Below are positions 48,021-63,581 of a DNA stretch of 64,000 nt, piece after piece. The stretch lies in the NCBI GenBank assembly GCA_025786725.1, contig JAHLTZ010000003.1, forward strand, positions 682,001 to 746,000, in the 5' to 3' direction. Source of the stretch: Syncephalis fuscata S228 (taxonomy: Eukaryota > Fungi > Zoopagomycota). Positions within the stretch are counted from its first letter, which is position 1; every line of letters begins with the position of its first letter. The notes beneath the pieces are model-generated. The model saw only the letters and a list, made by a program, of their open reading frames with translations. It made no database searches and was not told the DNA's origin. The translations under genes and the position numbers were made by a program.

Positions 48021-50267
48021 CACTCTACCCACTCCACTCATTGCGCTTTATACACTATATCCTTGACGCCACTTACTATACTTTTCCTATTGTATACTCA
48101 TTTGGTCGTATATTATTTTATAATCTCATCACTGGCATTAAAGAAATTTCACATGCTCACCAATAACATTTATATTAGTTTGTATTTTAATATTATACAG
48201 TATGCAATGACTAATTGTTGCTTAATGCTAAAACACAAGTTTTCATTTACTTGGCTCTGGTTTTTACAATTTATTACTATTTTTATCAATGTTTTTCTAT
48301 CTATATGTCAAATTACTAATATAAATATAGTGTGTCGCAAGTCTTAAATAGCAAGCTATGCAAAAATAAGACCAATTTGACGTGCGAACTCATCATTACA
48401 ATAATAGCATGTTTATACTCATTGCTGTTGCACAGTTTTCTATATACTATTAATTACAATACCAGCCAAGTATATAAATTTCTTTGTAGCAACAAGGCAT
48501 ATTTCAAGTAATTTTAATTTTCTATAGCTTTTCATAGTAGTTCATTGCGTCTTTATGCGACTTTCGACTTTTATTTATATAAAAACCAAATAATAACAAT
48601 ATTCATTGTATTTCAATGGGCATGCACAGCCATATAATTTTTGCACTATGGATAAAATAAAGTAGCTCAAGGTCCTATATGGTCTTTTTTTTTTACTTAA
48701 ATCCACCACTATTCATTCATTCTATTACCTATCAATTTTAATGCAGTTATTTCTAGTCATGTCTTTAGATCGCATAGTGAATGATTATAACAAAATTACA
48801 GCATTTTATTGTATCTATACCAATTTATGCATGGCCAAGAGCTAGTGCTTTTTGTCACCAGCTACCGATATATTTATAAAACAATAGCTAATTAGCCTAC
48901 TTGTTTGAAACGATAATATAGACAAACATTTTGTCTAGGTAATTGACACGAATGAAAATGGATTACACTGTGTAATTTGCACACCAATGTTGTAAGAGAA
49001 ATAAAAAGTCTACATTTGGTTTAATTTAAGCAAAATAAAAACATTTATTATTGTCTGCCATTAAAATAGCTGATAATAGTAATAATGAATCTATATTAGT
49101 TATCAATGATTTATGATCCATAGCTAATTTTAGTTTTATTTGATGGTTTTATGCGCAGTATCGACGACGTTAAACTGAGCGTAATTTTATGACGGGCCGA
49201 TGCAAAAAACAAACACGTTAGCCTCCAGTTGATAAACATGCTAAACTAAACTTAGTTAATGTAATTTTGTTATGCATTGGTGAAGGACATAAAAAATAAG
49301 CTTTGGTCAATTCAATACGATTCCTTTAGCAAGAAAAACGAGCATATCAACAAAGAATTACTATGGAAAAATCGAACTTTTTTTACCAGCTTTATTTGAT
49401 GATAAAATTTGAATTTTATCAATTCACAAAGCAAATTAGTTTATTATAGCTTTGTTTAATGTAAATACATACAAATTACAGTACACTAAGCAAAGTGAAT
49501 ATAAAACTTCCAATACTTTAGATCACACGCTACTATATTCTCAACCATTGTGCGATTAAATAATCAAGGAAACAATTGGATAAGGGCTACTTCAGTACGG
49601 CCTAATGCTGGCAGCTTATCACTTAATCTTATCTATTTTGGACATGATATAAAGATGGGAAAAAAAGATAGTTTGCCACTTTTTTGGTACTTATAATGAA
49701 TAAGCGCTCTTTGTATTTATTATACACAATATTCATATCAGCAATTTTATTTAGAAGCAAATCGATGGATAGAGAGCGTAAAATTGGGCGATTCTAGTAC
49801 ATCTGCTTGTATATAATTTGTCTCTTGTAGTAGATGCCAGTTCTCAATGTGTACAATATTACATGGTGATAGTGAATTCGCTTATACTTTTAATTCTATT
49901 GTTACTCAAAAACTACGAGTTATTAACGTTAGTAAGCAATTATAGTACATTCAATGTGAACTATTTAATACTTTATTGTTATTCTTTGTAATTAGAAAGA
50001 TTTCATCAAATACTTTACAACAATCAATATTTAACGCCAGAGACTACGATAAATTGTGAATATTTTTTGAATATAAAGTATCAAATGCCGTTATTGGTCG
50101 AATTGATGCGAATGAAAATGGATATATGAAGCATTTGTACTATAAATAAAATTTATTAAATATTTAATTCAATATGAATTACGCGTCTGGCCTGATAATC
50201 TTTTGTGCGATTTAAATCTCTACTAAATAAATACAAACTATTTTTTTCTTCTGTAATCTCACTTGTC

Positions 50268-51870
50268 ATGGCTAACTATACTGTATCAATCGAGTCAGCA
50301 AGCGTGCAGAAGCTTCTATCACGCCTAAGCTCTAGGGAATTCTTTCAATTTCTAAACGAACAGTCGAATGAAGAAAGTTTCTTGCTGTATGCTTCTCAAT
50401 TGTTGCAACAATATAACAATGACAACAGTAGCAGCAACAGGATGGGCCTGCGAACAAGGTCCGAATCTACAGGTCGCAAAGCGGAAAATAATGAATTACG
50501 TGCATCTTTAATGAATCAGCTGTTGGCGAAATATGTATGTGTACAAAATCCAATTAAACTACTCGTAGTATAATACTTTTTTGTTTAAGTAGCCGGCTGG
50601 GTTGAGTATTTCTCAAATGGCACAGCTAGATTTGCAGTGTAGGTTAATGGATAAAAAACGTTTACTAGCTAAATAGCAAATGAATAGACGTAAAACGAAA
50701 GCAGGATGCATTGAGGTGGCAAACAATTAAGCTGGTACGGGATGAAGATGGTCAGTTTATTAACACGAGACTATATGGCATTACTAATTGCAGCGATAGA
50801 CGCGGAGAAACATATGGTATGGCAAGAAGAAACCATAAAATTTGGTATAAACAAGATGCTATCCATTTACTTTGACCACGTAGGTTATTATGACTGTATA
50901 CAGCGCCCATCCACTTATCTGTTTCCATTTAGTATTGTCATGTAGAACGGATCGATAATAATTTATGGATTCAAATTAGTATTTATGACGATATGCTACA
51001 AAACGATATATCAAACCTCAATTTTATTTATTTCATATTTGTTTCTCACTCAGAAGAGTATTTGCTATACTCCAAGATTGAAGAAAGGTATTCAACAATA
51101 ATACTAGAGGTAGGTAATAACGTATCTAGCTGAATAGCTAATAACAATCATTATCATAACAATAACAAGGTTCTGAGACAAGTATTGCGATGTGATAGAC
51201 TTAGCGAGCATGAACTTAACGATATAAATTATAAATCATTAATAGAGCTGTTGACGAAGCGCAACACTCTTGGCTCATTTAGTAAATATCGCTTGGAGCA
51301 GTTGGATGAAAATCCGCTAAATCATCTTTCAAACTGGTCGGACGCGAGTAAGATACAAGAGAATAGTGGCTTGTCTATGATTTAATATATATGATTAGAT
51401 AGTAGAAAGATATATTTGGAAAACAACATAGTTCCCAACTATTCATTAAATCAGTATTATAAATCTAAAGATACGGGAACAGTAGGACTTAAAACAATAG
51501 CTAATATCCAACTGGGTAAAGATCCACTGCCTACTTTAACTCAAGTAAATTATGTGGTAATACTTTATATACTTGCATAGAATATTGCTGTGTCAATTTA
51601 TTGATTGAAAATTAGGTGGATTGCGATCTACGTGCCTTATATCCCGATATCAGTGTAACATCAAGTAGAATGCATGTAGAATTTGAGGGTCGCAATGTTT
51701 TAGAAGGATTTCGCCAGTTGGTTCAATCTGGTATAGGCCAGCCACCATTGCCCGAGCATATGGCACGATTACCATCAATGGCCAGCAATGTTATTTATTG
51801 CAATCTCGCCAAACCAGATCTATCAAGCAATACAATATTGAATATTTTGGAAGATGATCTACCAGCCTAG
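50268..51870 (+). CDS. CHL4: Inner kinetochore protein CENP-N/Chl4/Mis15, multi-exon
   Basis: GLSISQMAQLDLQY, SLIELL...LGSFSKY...DENPL, C-terminal VEFEGRNVLEGFRQLVQSGI..PPLPEHM. Confidence 0.8.
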
Positions 51871-52271
51871 TGCAATATGTAGCAGCTTAACATTAGTTTT
51901 CAACCTTGATACTTTAATGGCAAGGTTTGACTATGATTAAATAAAACATCTAAATTATTGGTTGCTGTATAAATATTCTAGTAGTTAATAATGTTAATGT
52001 ACTTGTATATTAGAATAAAACTCGTATCCAATAAATTAGTATATCAGCTAATTATTGTCCTGCTCAATAGCGCATAATAGCTTATTAATATACATCATCC
52101 GAGTGGGATGACCTATTTTATTGGCCAATCAATAATCTTATAGACAACACGCCACATTAACAATTTTTACTTATTAGTCTACAAACGACACGACATCTAG
52201 TCGTCTATTCCTCCGTATACGCCACCGTTATTATTTATCAGCTACTACAAGTATTAACTAGCTATTTGGTC

Positions 52272-53889
52272 ATGCCTGAACCAAATTTGTCGTCCAAATT
52301 GGACGCATCCACCACCGCAACTCAACCGACAAAACAAGCAGCAGCTTCGTTAAATCCGCGCACTTTGACTCGTGAATTCCTAGGTGCACCTGGCGCGACC
52401 GCCGTATTTGTACTTTGTCACCTTGTATTACTTGCTTTCTACGTCGAATGCTCGCCTTCAACGACTTGCGGCTACAATGGGGGCCTTACTTGGCTACTAA
52501 CTACACCGGCAAAGATGTTGCTAGGTACCTACACGCTTTATCATCAAGTCGGTATTCAGGTATACGCAGTATGGCTACTATGGCTTGTTAGTCTATTCTA
52601 CTTAATACCGGGTCAATGGACTAATGGTACTTTATTACGTGATGGCACTGTATTAAAGTATAAAATCAATGGTAAGCTGTTTGTTTAAATACGTCATTTT
52701 ATTTACTAACACTAACCAACTAATCAAATGTATGAATGACAACTATAGCACTGCGATCATTAATTATTACACTGATTACTTGTGTCGCAACACTACTCAC
52801 TATGGGATCTGCTCCGTTTATTCATCTATTTAATAATGCACTACATTTAGTGGCAGCTGGATTTATCGTTTCAGCCATCTTCTCAGGCATTCTTTACCTC
52901 CATTCTTTTAAACCGGATGCATTGTTAGCACTAGGCGGCAATAGCGGCAATCCTATCTATGATTACTTCATAGGCCGCGAATTAAATCCTCGGGTGGGCA
53001 ATTTTGATATCAAGTGCTTTACTGAATTACGACCTGGTCTAATTGGCTGGATTGTCATCAATTTCTGCTCGGCTGTGGAGCAGTACTCACGAATCGGTAC
53101 TCTGACCGATTCGATGATCTTGGTACAATTGTTCCAGGCGTGGTATGTCTTTGATTCACTGATCAACGAGGTAAAATAGCTATAAGCCCATTTATACACA
53201 CACGTAGACTAATGTTTTGTTTAGGCTGCCGTATTAACCACAATGGATATCGTAACTGACGGTCTCGGCTGGATGCTAACCTTTGGCAATCTAGTTTGGG
53301 TTCCATTTGCCTTTTCACTACAAGCACGCTACCTTGCTCTTAATCCAATCCACTTGGGAGTCATACGCTGTGTCGGTATTATGGCACTTCAAGGCATTGG
53401 CTACTGGATTTTCCGAAGTGCCAATTCAGAAAAGGACCGTTTCCGTAAAAACCCATCCGATCCAGCAGTACAACGTAAGCCATCCATTATTTCTACTCTA
53501 TTCTATTACACAGATCCTAATACTGTACCAACTCCCCATAGATCTGGCCTACATTTCAACTAAAACCGGTTCACGTCTTCTCGTCAATGGTTGGTGGGGA
53601 CGTGCACGCCATATCAACTATCTTGGCGACTGGCTTATGAGTGTGGCCTGGTGTCTACCATGCGGTATGTATATAATACCATTTACTATTAATTAGCTAT
53701 AGATAGACTAACTCTCGATTAATTATAGGATTTGGATCAGCCATTCCATACTTGTATCCAATCTATTTCTTTATTCTCCTAGTTCATCGTGAACAGCGCG
53801 ATGAACACAAGTGCCATCTTAAATATGGAACTGATTGGGCTCGCTATCGTCGTATTGTGCCCTGGCGTATTGTTCCATATGTTTATTAA
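52272..53889 (+). CDS. ERG24: Delta14-sterol reductase, multi-exon
   Basis: [42 protein letters not shown]...[74 protein letters not shown]. Confidence 0.93.
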
Positions 53890-53989
53890 CAGTCTGTTTA
53901 ATAAAACTCTCTTTATTCCGTCTCTGTCCATTCAATAATCATAACTATATATATACACACAATATTGCCATCTATCGTCCATATTCCAG

Positions 53990-56636
53990 TTAATTGGTCA
54001 CCATGCGTTCAGTGGCCGTATAAATATCAATAGTCAATTTCTCTACATCAGACAGTGAAGACTCGACATGGCTCTTGAATGCAATCAGCTCGTCTATAAT
54101 ACGAAGCGCTTCATCGCCTGTAACCTTGCGTCGTTCATTCGATACATGAACCAGATTGTCATAACTAATTATCATTAATCAGTTAAATGTAGTTAAATTA
54201 ATAATTATTTGTATAGTTTGTCAACTTACGTCACACACAACTGTTGATATTGTCCATTAATACGAAGACACTCCGCTTTGTTTTGCGAGTATACTTGGCG
54301 TGTATCTCTTTCATACTGTCTAATCTCCTCGTCAGTTTTGGCCTTTTCTGCCGCTATCGTCTATTGTATCGTATATTATTAGATAGTATACTTTAGTTAT
54401 ACATATTGATAATACTAATGATCAATTACTTACCGATCGTTCCAATTTGATTTGCTGTTCAAGTGTCTCATATTGCAATATTTGCCATCTATCTCACTAA
54501 TCATCTCAATGGATTGTTCGCCTAACAAGTCAAGTGACTCTAGCTTTAGATTCTTCTCATCATTATAACCATGATAAATCTTCTTTTTATCAGCTCGTAA
54601 TTGACTTAGTATTGGCTATTTGATAAATAATCATAAATAAGCAGATAGGTAACAAACTGCAAATACTTATCACTTACATAAATTTCTTTACGTAAATCAA
54701 CTGAACACATTTTACTACCACGTTCAGCATAAAGTGTCAAATCAATTTGGAATTTCTGTCCTTTAGCATTCTCGGCTGTTTCTGGAATAAGCATCAATTG
54801 ATGGGCCATCATATGATAATCATTAACAAGTTTTTCCAACTACAAATAATAATAATAATAATTAATAAATCATTATTAGAAACTATTATCTAATAAGTCA
54901 TATATATACATATATTTACTTACTTCATCGGCTTGTCGTTGAAACGAAACTTCTTGCTCCCAAGATATCTTACTAACATTTGCTTCTTTCTCCCTTTCTT
55001 CTCCAACCAATTTATTCAGCTGTTCTTGCTCAGCCGTCATACGTGCAACATCAGTTAGTGAAATCTTTTGATTGTCAACAGTTATTTGCAAATCTCCACG
55101 CTCATCTTCCAAATGCTGTAATTGATCCACTATTACCAATATTAGTTACTATATATATATATATTAATACTATTTATAAATACTTACATGAACTCTGTAA
55201 TTCATCGGCCAATCGTGAGTTGATCTCTAACAACTTTTGTCGTTTATTATCCAAATGTTTGATATAATGAATAAATTTGTCCTTGTCTGAACTTAAAATA
55301 CGATGCTCTTTTTCAGCAATCGATAGTGGTGACTAATAGACGGTTCAAGTCAGTCTATCTATCTATCTATACCATAGCATATCCATAACTACTTACCTCA
55401 TTCTTTGTCAACTGGTTAATTTCAGCCAACAGTTGTTCATTCTCTCCTTGTAACCGTTCAATATCACGAATTGTCTCTTCATTACGGATATTAAACGTTT
55501 CATCCATTTCGGCACCCATTGATTCAAAGTCATCTTCACCAGTCATAAAGGCTCGATAAGTTTGAGATAAAAAGTAAAAATGCATCTTTGAAATATAATT
55601 TGGACTGTCACGTTCCACATCATACGACATATAGCCAAATTCTTCTTGCTCAACCACCTATCAGTGGTGTAAGTATATGTATTGGTATTTAATTGTTTAA
55701 TAGCTTACTTGATTTAATTCAACCATCCAGTGAAGTGCTGCCACTAGATAGGCCCAATGATTTGATGAGCCAATTGAACATAATCGAGACTTGTTGACTT
55801 GTTCGTGAAATGGATAGCTAACATGTAGTGAATACAAAGAGTAGAATGAATCAATAGATTATTCACCTACCATATACTCTTAATAATTGTAATAGCATCT
55901 TCTTCAAACTTCTTCTGGAATCTAAATGATGGATCAAGTCTTGAATAGAGAAAGCGAAACATATTCTGGTAATCTTTTGAAGTACGAGCTACAAACGTAT
56001 TTGTAGATATTGGATGTGGATAGCCAGCGCCACTCAAGTATTCAATAATACTTGCTTGGATCTCTTGCTGGTAAGATTTATCACGTACCGGTCGAGGATC
56101 TTGGATTACTGCATTATTGGAACCGATAATAGAGCCACGTGCAAAATTACTTGTAAGTCTATGTTATACCAAATAATAATAGCAAAATAACATTAGCGTC
56201 ATAAAGAAAACCAATTAATAACTCACCGCTTATTGTTGTTGTTGTTGTTGTTATTCGCATTATTATGACCTGGTCCAGAGAATCCAAGGCTAGGCCGTCC
56301 AATGGTACTTTGACGACGATCGATATTGCTGGTGCGTGGAGGCGGTACACCTAATAGTCGACTAGAGGCAACGGTAGTTGCAGCAGTAACTGCAACAGCA
56401 GAAGCAGCAGTAACTGTAGGTGCAGCAGACGTTAAAGCCGATGGTAAAAGATAGTTTGTAGAAGGAGCGAGTGATTGACGCGCCAAACCACGCTCTAGAC
56501 CAGGTGCTAGCGATGGACGCTTTATACTGGACCGTGGCAGCGGAATGCCAGATGGGCGCGATTTTTGCGCTGAAAACTGAAGAATGTTGGATTGAGCATT
56601 GGTGTCCAACACACCAAGGGTCATTCTTCGATTCAT
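53990..56636 (-). CDS. NDC80: Outer kinetochore protein Ndc80/Hec1, multi-exon
   Basis: Basic disordered N-tail, KDPRPVRDKSYQ, DYQNMFRFLYSRLDPSF, YPFHEQVNKSRLCSIGSSNHWAYLVAALHWMV, YLSQTYRAFMTGEDD, coiled coil with QKISLTDVARM. Confidence 0.93.
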
Positions 56637-56906
56637 ATTACCAGTATAAATAGCTGTAGTAGCCGTAGTAAACAAGGGTGAATGCGTGAGTGAGAGCAAT
56701 AACAATAGCAGGCACAATAGGAATGAAATAAGACAGCAAGTAAAGCGGACGTGTATCGCGCGATAAACAAATGTAAAACAATAACAACACGTGATGACGC
56801 GGTAGAAACTGTTTAAAATTTATTAGTTTAATTTTACGAAGCTATTGTCAAAAGTGTTTTATTTCCCCCAAGCATTCATTGGGAAAGTTTAAAATTAAAT
56901 AAAATA

Positions 56907-59900
56907 TTAACTAGGATATACAAATAAGTTATTTAACCGTTTTGGTTCCAATAAATATTTTAGCCATGGTATGGTGGATGTCTAATAAAATAGATAATAG
57001 ATAGATAGTTAGTTAGATTATTGTATATTGACGGCATTCATATACTTACATCATAAATACAGCACCGCTTTTTGGCCTCTTCAATTAAATACCGCCAGTA
57101 TGAATCGGCGCGTAACGTTTCGGCATTACCAACAACAAATAAAGATGATCGTGCACGGGTAAGTGCCACATTCATGCGACGTGGATCGGATAGAAAGCCC
57201 ACACGATTACCTAAAATTTAAATGAGTAAATATAATTGATATCAATTAGTATAGACGCTTACTTGATGAAGCGCGTACACATGAAAATATAATTAAATCT
57301 TTTTCTTGACCTTGGAATCCATCCTAATTTATATTTATTTATTTATTTAAATTTATTTATTATAATATATATTAATGCTACTTACAATGGTATTAAAATC
57401 AATGACATCACGAACACGATGTCCAAATCGACGTGAACACTGTATACAAAGTTCACGCATTTGTTCTTTATACGGTGTAATAACACCGATACGTCCGGCA
57501 AACTATGTTATACGTGATAAACTATAAGTGATCAATAAGCCAGTTCATCGTTTTACTTACATCTATTTGCGGGAATTGACTGCAAATATGACTGATTAAT
57601 CCCATAACAACTACGATCAACATAATTTCTGTTAATTGGTTTGTTAAATTGATTCCATCCATCAACAATTACCGTCTATTTCACGTGTATTTGAAAATGA
57701 CCGACTATCTATTGATTTCTCGCGTCCATCAGCTACATTAAAAAATGAAAATGGACCCAATAGATTGTGCGTATGCCAGGGTGCTAATGTACGTTCAGCC
57801 ATTGATGGGCCATCTTTAATTTGATTTTGATAAAATATATGACTAGGGAATTGACTTATTAATGGATGCATACGATACTGAACACTAATATACAAATGAT
57901 AAGCAGTTATTTCTAATTAGCCAATAAATGCTACTTACGTTAATAAATCAACTGAACTGGGTTGAATAGTTTGGATTCGTTCAAATAAACTACGGGCATA
58001 ATTAAGTTGAATGGCCCGAGCAGAAAGTACAGTAGGTGGCAGCTGTTTAGCATCTAATTAATAAGAACACTAATAATCAGTCGATGTAATGATAGGCTAT
58101 TTATATACGTACCACCAACAAGAATACACCGTTTACAATCATATTGTAAAGGAATTAAACTGCTTAATTCTACACATTGAGATGCTTCATCGATTAGAAC
58201 TGTTTCAAATCGAACACGTGTAGATGCTAGTAAATTATGCCCACTTGAACTAAGTGTGGCGCAAATAATATCTGCTCGTTGAACAAGCATTTTTCTAATC
58301 ATAGTTCGCTGAGCTTCACGGCTTAGTGTACGCCATCCTGTCGGCGGTGTCCAGTGATCGTTGTTATGCTGATTACTATTGCTATTCGACGTTGGTTCAT
58401 TCGCTTCAGTATTGCCTATACCAAACTCGGATGCAACCCATGCATCTAATCGGTATTCATTAGTAGATCAATTATCACTTACATAATACTTACCACATCG
58501 TTGTATAGGATCAATTGGTGGATTTGTAATACGTGTAAGCTCCGCTTCTACCTGTAAATCCAATGAAACCTCTTTAATTTGACCATGAACACTATCTAGA
58601 TTGCCTAGACGCACAATACGTAGATTCCTTGTATCTGGCCGTAGACATAATCGTTTTACAATTTCATCAATGGCGGCATTACTTGGGGCACAGACAAGTA
58701 ACGGTCGGCGAACAACTACTCGATTGCTACTATCATCGTTATCCGATGAATCAATAACATTGCTTATTGCTAATTCATTCAAACTTGATATAATTGCTAA
58801 AATGGTACTAGTTTTACCTAATGTATCAATATGTTATCATAAATTATTAAATAAAATATTTGATCAATTACCAGTGCCAGGTGGTCTAATAATAAGAATA
58901 GTAAGAACAATAGTTAAATAAAGTAAAACTACTATCAATATTAAATATCTACCCTTGAATAAGTAGGAATCCATGTTCTAATGTCGTACTATCTAGAACA
59001 GCACGAGCTTGTGATTTATTGATAGCATATTTCTTGGCAACTTCATTTAACTGCGCATCGTCATAAAGTATTTTCTGTCGAGCTGGCGGTCGAATAATAT
59101 CATTGCAAAGTAAATAGTTATTAAATCGACCTAATACTTCAAATTCTCTATGAATAGTCGTTAAACTATACAATAATGGCATTAGTTTAATCATAATAAA
59201 CACCACACTTTATACTATACCTGGTTACTTTAATTAAACGCCAATGGGAGCCAAAATGATAGGCGGTGCAATGAGGCGAATTACGTCCTGAAGTACGAAC
59301 ACGAATATTACGTCCATCTCGATGATAATTAATCTCTCGTACCACGCCTAATGGTGGATTACGCTCCAACAATTGTCTGTTGATGGTTAATGTACCCGCC
59401 GGATCTTCAACTAATAGAATAACATCATTTTCAATAATGACATCAAGTGCATCTTCACACGTAAATTGGATTTCATTAAAATCATCAATCTTTGAACGTG
59501 AACTTAACACTGCACTACAAGATTGCGGCTGTTTAGCAAACATTTCAAGTGCGCCCGATATTTGCTGCCAACATTCAAGCACCGATAGTGGTTGCATAAC
59601 ATCGACATACTCCTCGGCTGATCGATAACAATCGGCGGCCATAGAACATTTTGTTTGAAGTGTACTTGGCATATCATTCATTTCACTGGGACGCCATTGA
59701 ACAATAGCGTAATGTAAATCATCCAATGTAATTCGACGTGGCTTTACCGGTGCAGCTTGTCGAGGGGCCACTTGGGTGCGTGGCTGTTGTATTGATGTAT
59801 TACCCACCCAATTACTACGTGGTAATTCTATCATTTGTACAGTACGTTTCTCTTGATTCGCTGCTGTTGATGCATCCATTGATCGATTCATTTGGTCTTG

Positions 59901-62900
59901 CATAATACCGGCAAATCCATCCGAATCCGAATCCGAATCCGAATCTAATACTGGATCATAATCACTCGAATTAGCAGTATTTGTTGCTGGTTCATTAAAC
60001 GTTGTTGATGCCACACTAGTGGTTGGAGTGGTAATGACCCTTTTTGGTGCTGATGGATGTTTATTTTGTAAAGTAGATCCAGTAGCTGTAAAATTATGTC
60101 GTTGTTGTCGAATAGCTGTGCGAAGTGGTGCACGTTCTCTAACCAAATCAGATCGCATTTGTCGTAATAACGATGATGAGCCAGTAGATTCATTGCTACT
60201 ACTAACAAACCGACTGCCCAATGAATAACGTGCTGATGAAGGCCGAGTAGCTGCACTGGCTGTAATAACTGCCCCTTCTTCAAATCCTTTCCACGCTTTG
60301 GAGATTGACCGCGCTGATGGCTGTTCTGAGGGACGTGTGGTAGTTGTTGGTGATTTTTTTTCTACTATCTGGTCTATTCTTGATATAGTACGTACGGGTA
60401 CAGTTACTTCAACACGTGATCGTTTTGTTGGTTCAGACAGTAAATCTTCATTGGTTCGTGTTTTTGGCACTGTACTGGACGTTGATGCCGACGTTGATTC
60501 CATATTCATACTGGTGGATATATGCTTTTTAGATGGATCTAATATTTCTTTTGATGTAGGTAGTGCTTGAGACGTATTTGTCTTTGTATTCACTTCTACA
60601 TCATCGTCATCTAGATCAATATCAGTATTCATATCAAGTAGGGCGTCTAGATCCAAATCTGGCTTTCGACAAAGAGCACGTTTTAATGTCTGTACTTGTT
60701 CACGACTTAAAATACCATCAATGATAGGTGTATTATCCACCAGTTGTTTAACTGCCTCCATTGCTGATGCATCCAATCCAAGGTGTCGTGAAATGAACTG
60801 CACTGTATGTACAATGGCTTTTACCAAAGAGGCTCGCCAATCTACTTCTTTATCATTACTGTGCTGGTCATTTGACGGTAATTCTTTATGGCCTAACTGA
60901 TACCAATCTGCCAATGATACAACACATGGCTGTAATTGTACACAGGCCACATAATCATCTTTAAGTTCGGTAGTTTGCCAACGAATAAGTCGATTAGCAA
61001 TACTTATCACCCGTTGCCGTATTTCTTTGCGATCTATAACCGAACTAGATCCACCGGCCAGCCACATAGCATGCACGAGTACTCTCCATAATGGTGACCA
61101 AAGAGTCATTAGGTACGACCCTCTACGGCTAACTGCTTCTTTTGAAAACCATGTTCGAAGTAGTGCATGTAGTAGGCGTAGATAGCGTGCACCGGCTGCT
61201 GATGTTATACTTTGGTGATATTGATTAAACTTTTGTAGCGACATTTGAATAGTAGCATCTACTTGATCGTTGGTTCGCGAGAATATACGCTGCAGTGCCA
61301 GGTCAAGTCCATGATCTGCTCGACAAAGCTTCTCCATATAAGGTGTCCAGGTCCGTTCATGGTCAGGATTGGTGGTGGTAGCAATGCCACTAAGCATTGA
61401 AAGTAAACATCCATTAATTATAAGTAACTCGTCTGTCTTTTCATTGTCATTACAGGTATCGGCGCAATGGACAAAACAGCGATACAATACATCAATTACA
61501 TAAGGAAATGTAATACGTCGATGCTGTACCTCATCGTTCTCTGCTTTAGGTGTACGCCACCAAAGATAAATAATAGCTACACCGGCATTTAATATAGCAT
61601 TCTTTGCTTTAATGTTTTGAACTTTATCGAGAGCGGACCATATCATGGGCGAACAAGCTACACCGCGCTGTTCTGGTAATTGTTTAGCGACAATATCCTG
61701 TGTTGGTTCAGGATCTATTGCTTCACTTAAACCGGCAATGCCTTCTTTTACCAATTTACCGGTCAATTCTACTAGAATGCCGCTCGTAAAAGTATCCTCT
61801 GCTGAATGTTGATCAAGAAACTTGATAAAATTGGCCAGTCTATCGTATGAACCTTCCGTTGCCATCTTTTGACAAACAGTCAATAATCCTGATAGCCATT
61901 GATGCTGACAGTGTATACTGCATGCATCGCCTGATTGGATTGTTGATTGGATGCCACTATAAATTGTATTTAACGAGGCATTACCATTTGGTAGTTGAAA
62001 TAAAAGCTTTACGGTGTCAAAGGTCCAATTTAAAGTTAAATTAATATGGGCATCATTGGTGTCGGATTCTTTAGTTTCATTGGTGGCAAGTCTGCTTGTA
62101 GTTGATTGAAATATTTAATAATGACTTGTATAATATTGGCAATTTTCTCTGGTGAAATATGATATACAGCAATATCAACATATCGAGTGGCAAACCAATT
62201 AAATGTAATGACTGCTGTACTCCATGCAGTTTTACGTGATTTGTCGAATGTAATAAAATCTGTCTGTATTGCAACACAAATCTCTTCTGCTAATTGGCGA
62301 AATATGACACTGCCATGCTGTTTAATAAATGCTTCTCTTTATCGGCCGGTAAAGAACGCACTAATTTATATGTTAATCGCCAAAAACGTGCCGTAAATGT
62401 AGCATAAGATTGTTGTTGTTGTTGTTGTATTGAAGAACGGATAACATATTGAGTTACTATACCATAAGATTGTGCTACTTTATCTACAGTATCGTTGTAA
62501 TTCGTATTTTCTTCATTTTGTTTTTGTTTTTCTTCCTTTTGTTGTTGCTGTTGTTGCAGTGTGTCCTTCCATTGTAGTGTTGAATTATATTCAATACTTT
62601 CCATTATAACATGTGCTGCCCAATTACGCACTTGAGATTGATTTGAGCAAACAAGACAAAATATACCCGGTAGTTGTGTTACAGCCATCGATAAAGGTAA
62701 AGTAGCAAGTATTGACTTTGGTGTATTAATAATAGCTGTATTTACAGCATCACGAATTAAAGTACAATGTAATAATTTTGAAACTGAAAATATTTCGTAG
62801 AGTGATGTAGTCAATGTAGATGTCGTATTAGGTGTATTATTAATTTCATTAGTCGTAGATAATCCGCGTATTAGACGTGCTTGATCCCATGTATCAATAA

Positions 62901-63355
62901 TAGAAAAGAATCGGTCAATGTTTTCAGGTGGATATCGACGTCGATATCTGATAATAAACATATATTGTATAATGAACAAAATATTCATGATTATTGGCTT
63001 ATTTGTATACTTACAATTTACGTAACTGTTCTTTTGCAGTATAATAGCCCGCAATACAGCCCCGACAGCGCGATAACATACAAGCATTAATTTGTTTAAA
63101 ACGAACAACTGAATCGCTTTCTGGCAAGGAGAATACGTGTAGTATTTCTGTAACAATAGGTCGACGTGCTGGATCGCACCACCAACAACTGCGTTCATCT
63201 TCGAAAAAGACGACTAGGCCGTCAAGAAGGAATCTATGAAAAGCGTCTAGCCAGGACTGAGTGTCAGGCGACCCATAATTGTCCGTGTATAGTTGCTCTA
63301 GTTTACAAAGTAAACTATTTAAACGAGCTTCTAATGTCTCTGCCACATTAGTCAT
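56907..63355 (-). CDS. SEN1: Sen1/senataxin SF1B RNA/DNA helicase with SEN1_N domain, multi-exon; two apparent -1 frameshifts at ~62335 and ~62095
   Basis: N-terminal CWWC...LSRCRGCIAGYYTAK. Helicase motifs SLTTIHREF, GFLLIQGPPGTGKT, LVCAPSNAAIDE, CATLSSSG, VLIDEASQCVELSSLIPL, VQYRMHP, IGVITPYKEQ, NTIDGFQGQEKD, RRMNVALTRA. Confidence 0.93.
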
Positions 63356-63581
63356 ACTACTTGTCCTTGTTTCGGAATAGATAAGTTGACAGGTGAGTAG
63401 AAGCGCGTGTAATACACAAAGTTAAAAGAAAATTAACTACAAACACTAATCTAGTGCGTATATTTAAATTGATTAGTACACGTGAATTTTCTACTCCCTT
63501 TAGTTGAAAAAAATGTTAGTTCTTTAACTATTTTTATTTATTTATTAGAGCTATTTTATTGTCACTTCTCATAGTAATAGT

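Noticed and set aside
50268-56636. Functional kinetochore gene cluster (CHL4 and NDC80)
   Set aside because: Two genes separated by ERG24, with no shared motif seen. Chance adjacency is sufficient.
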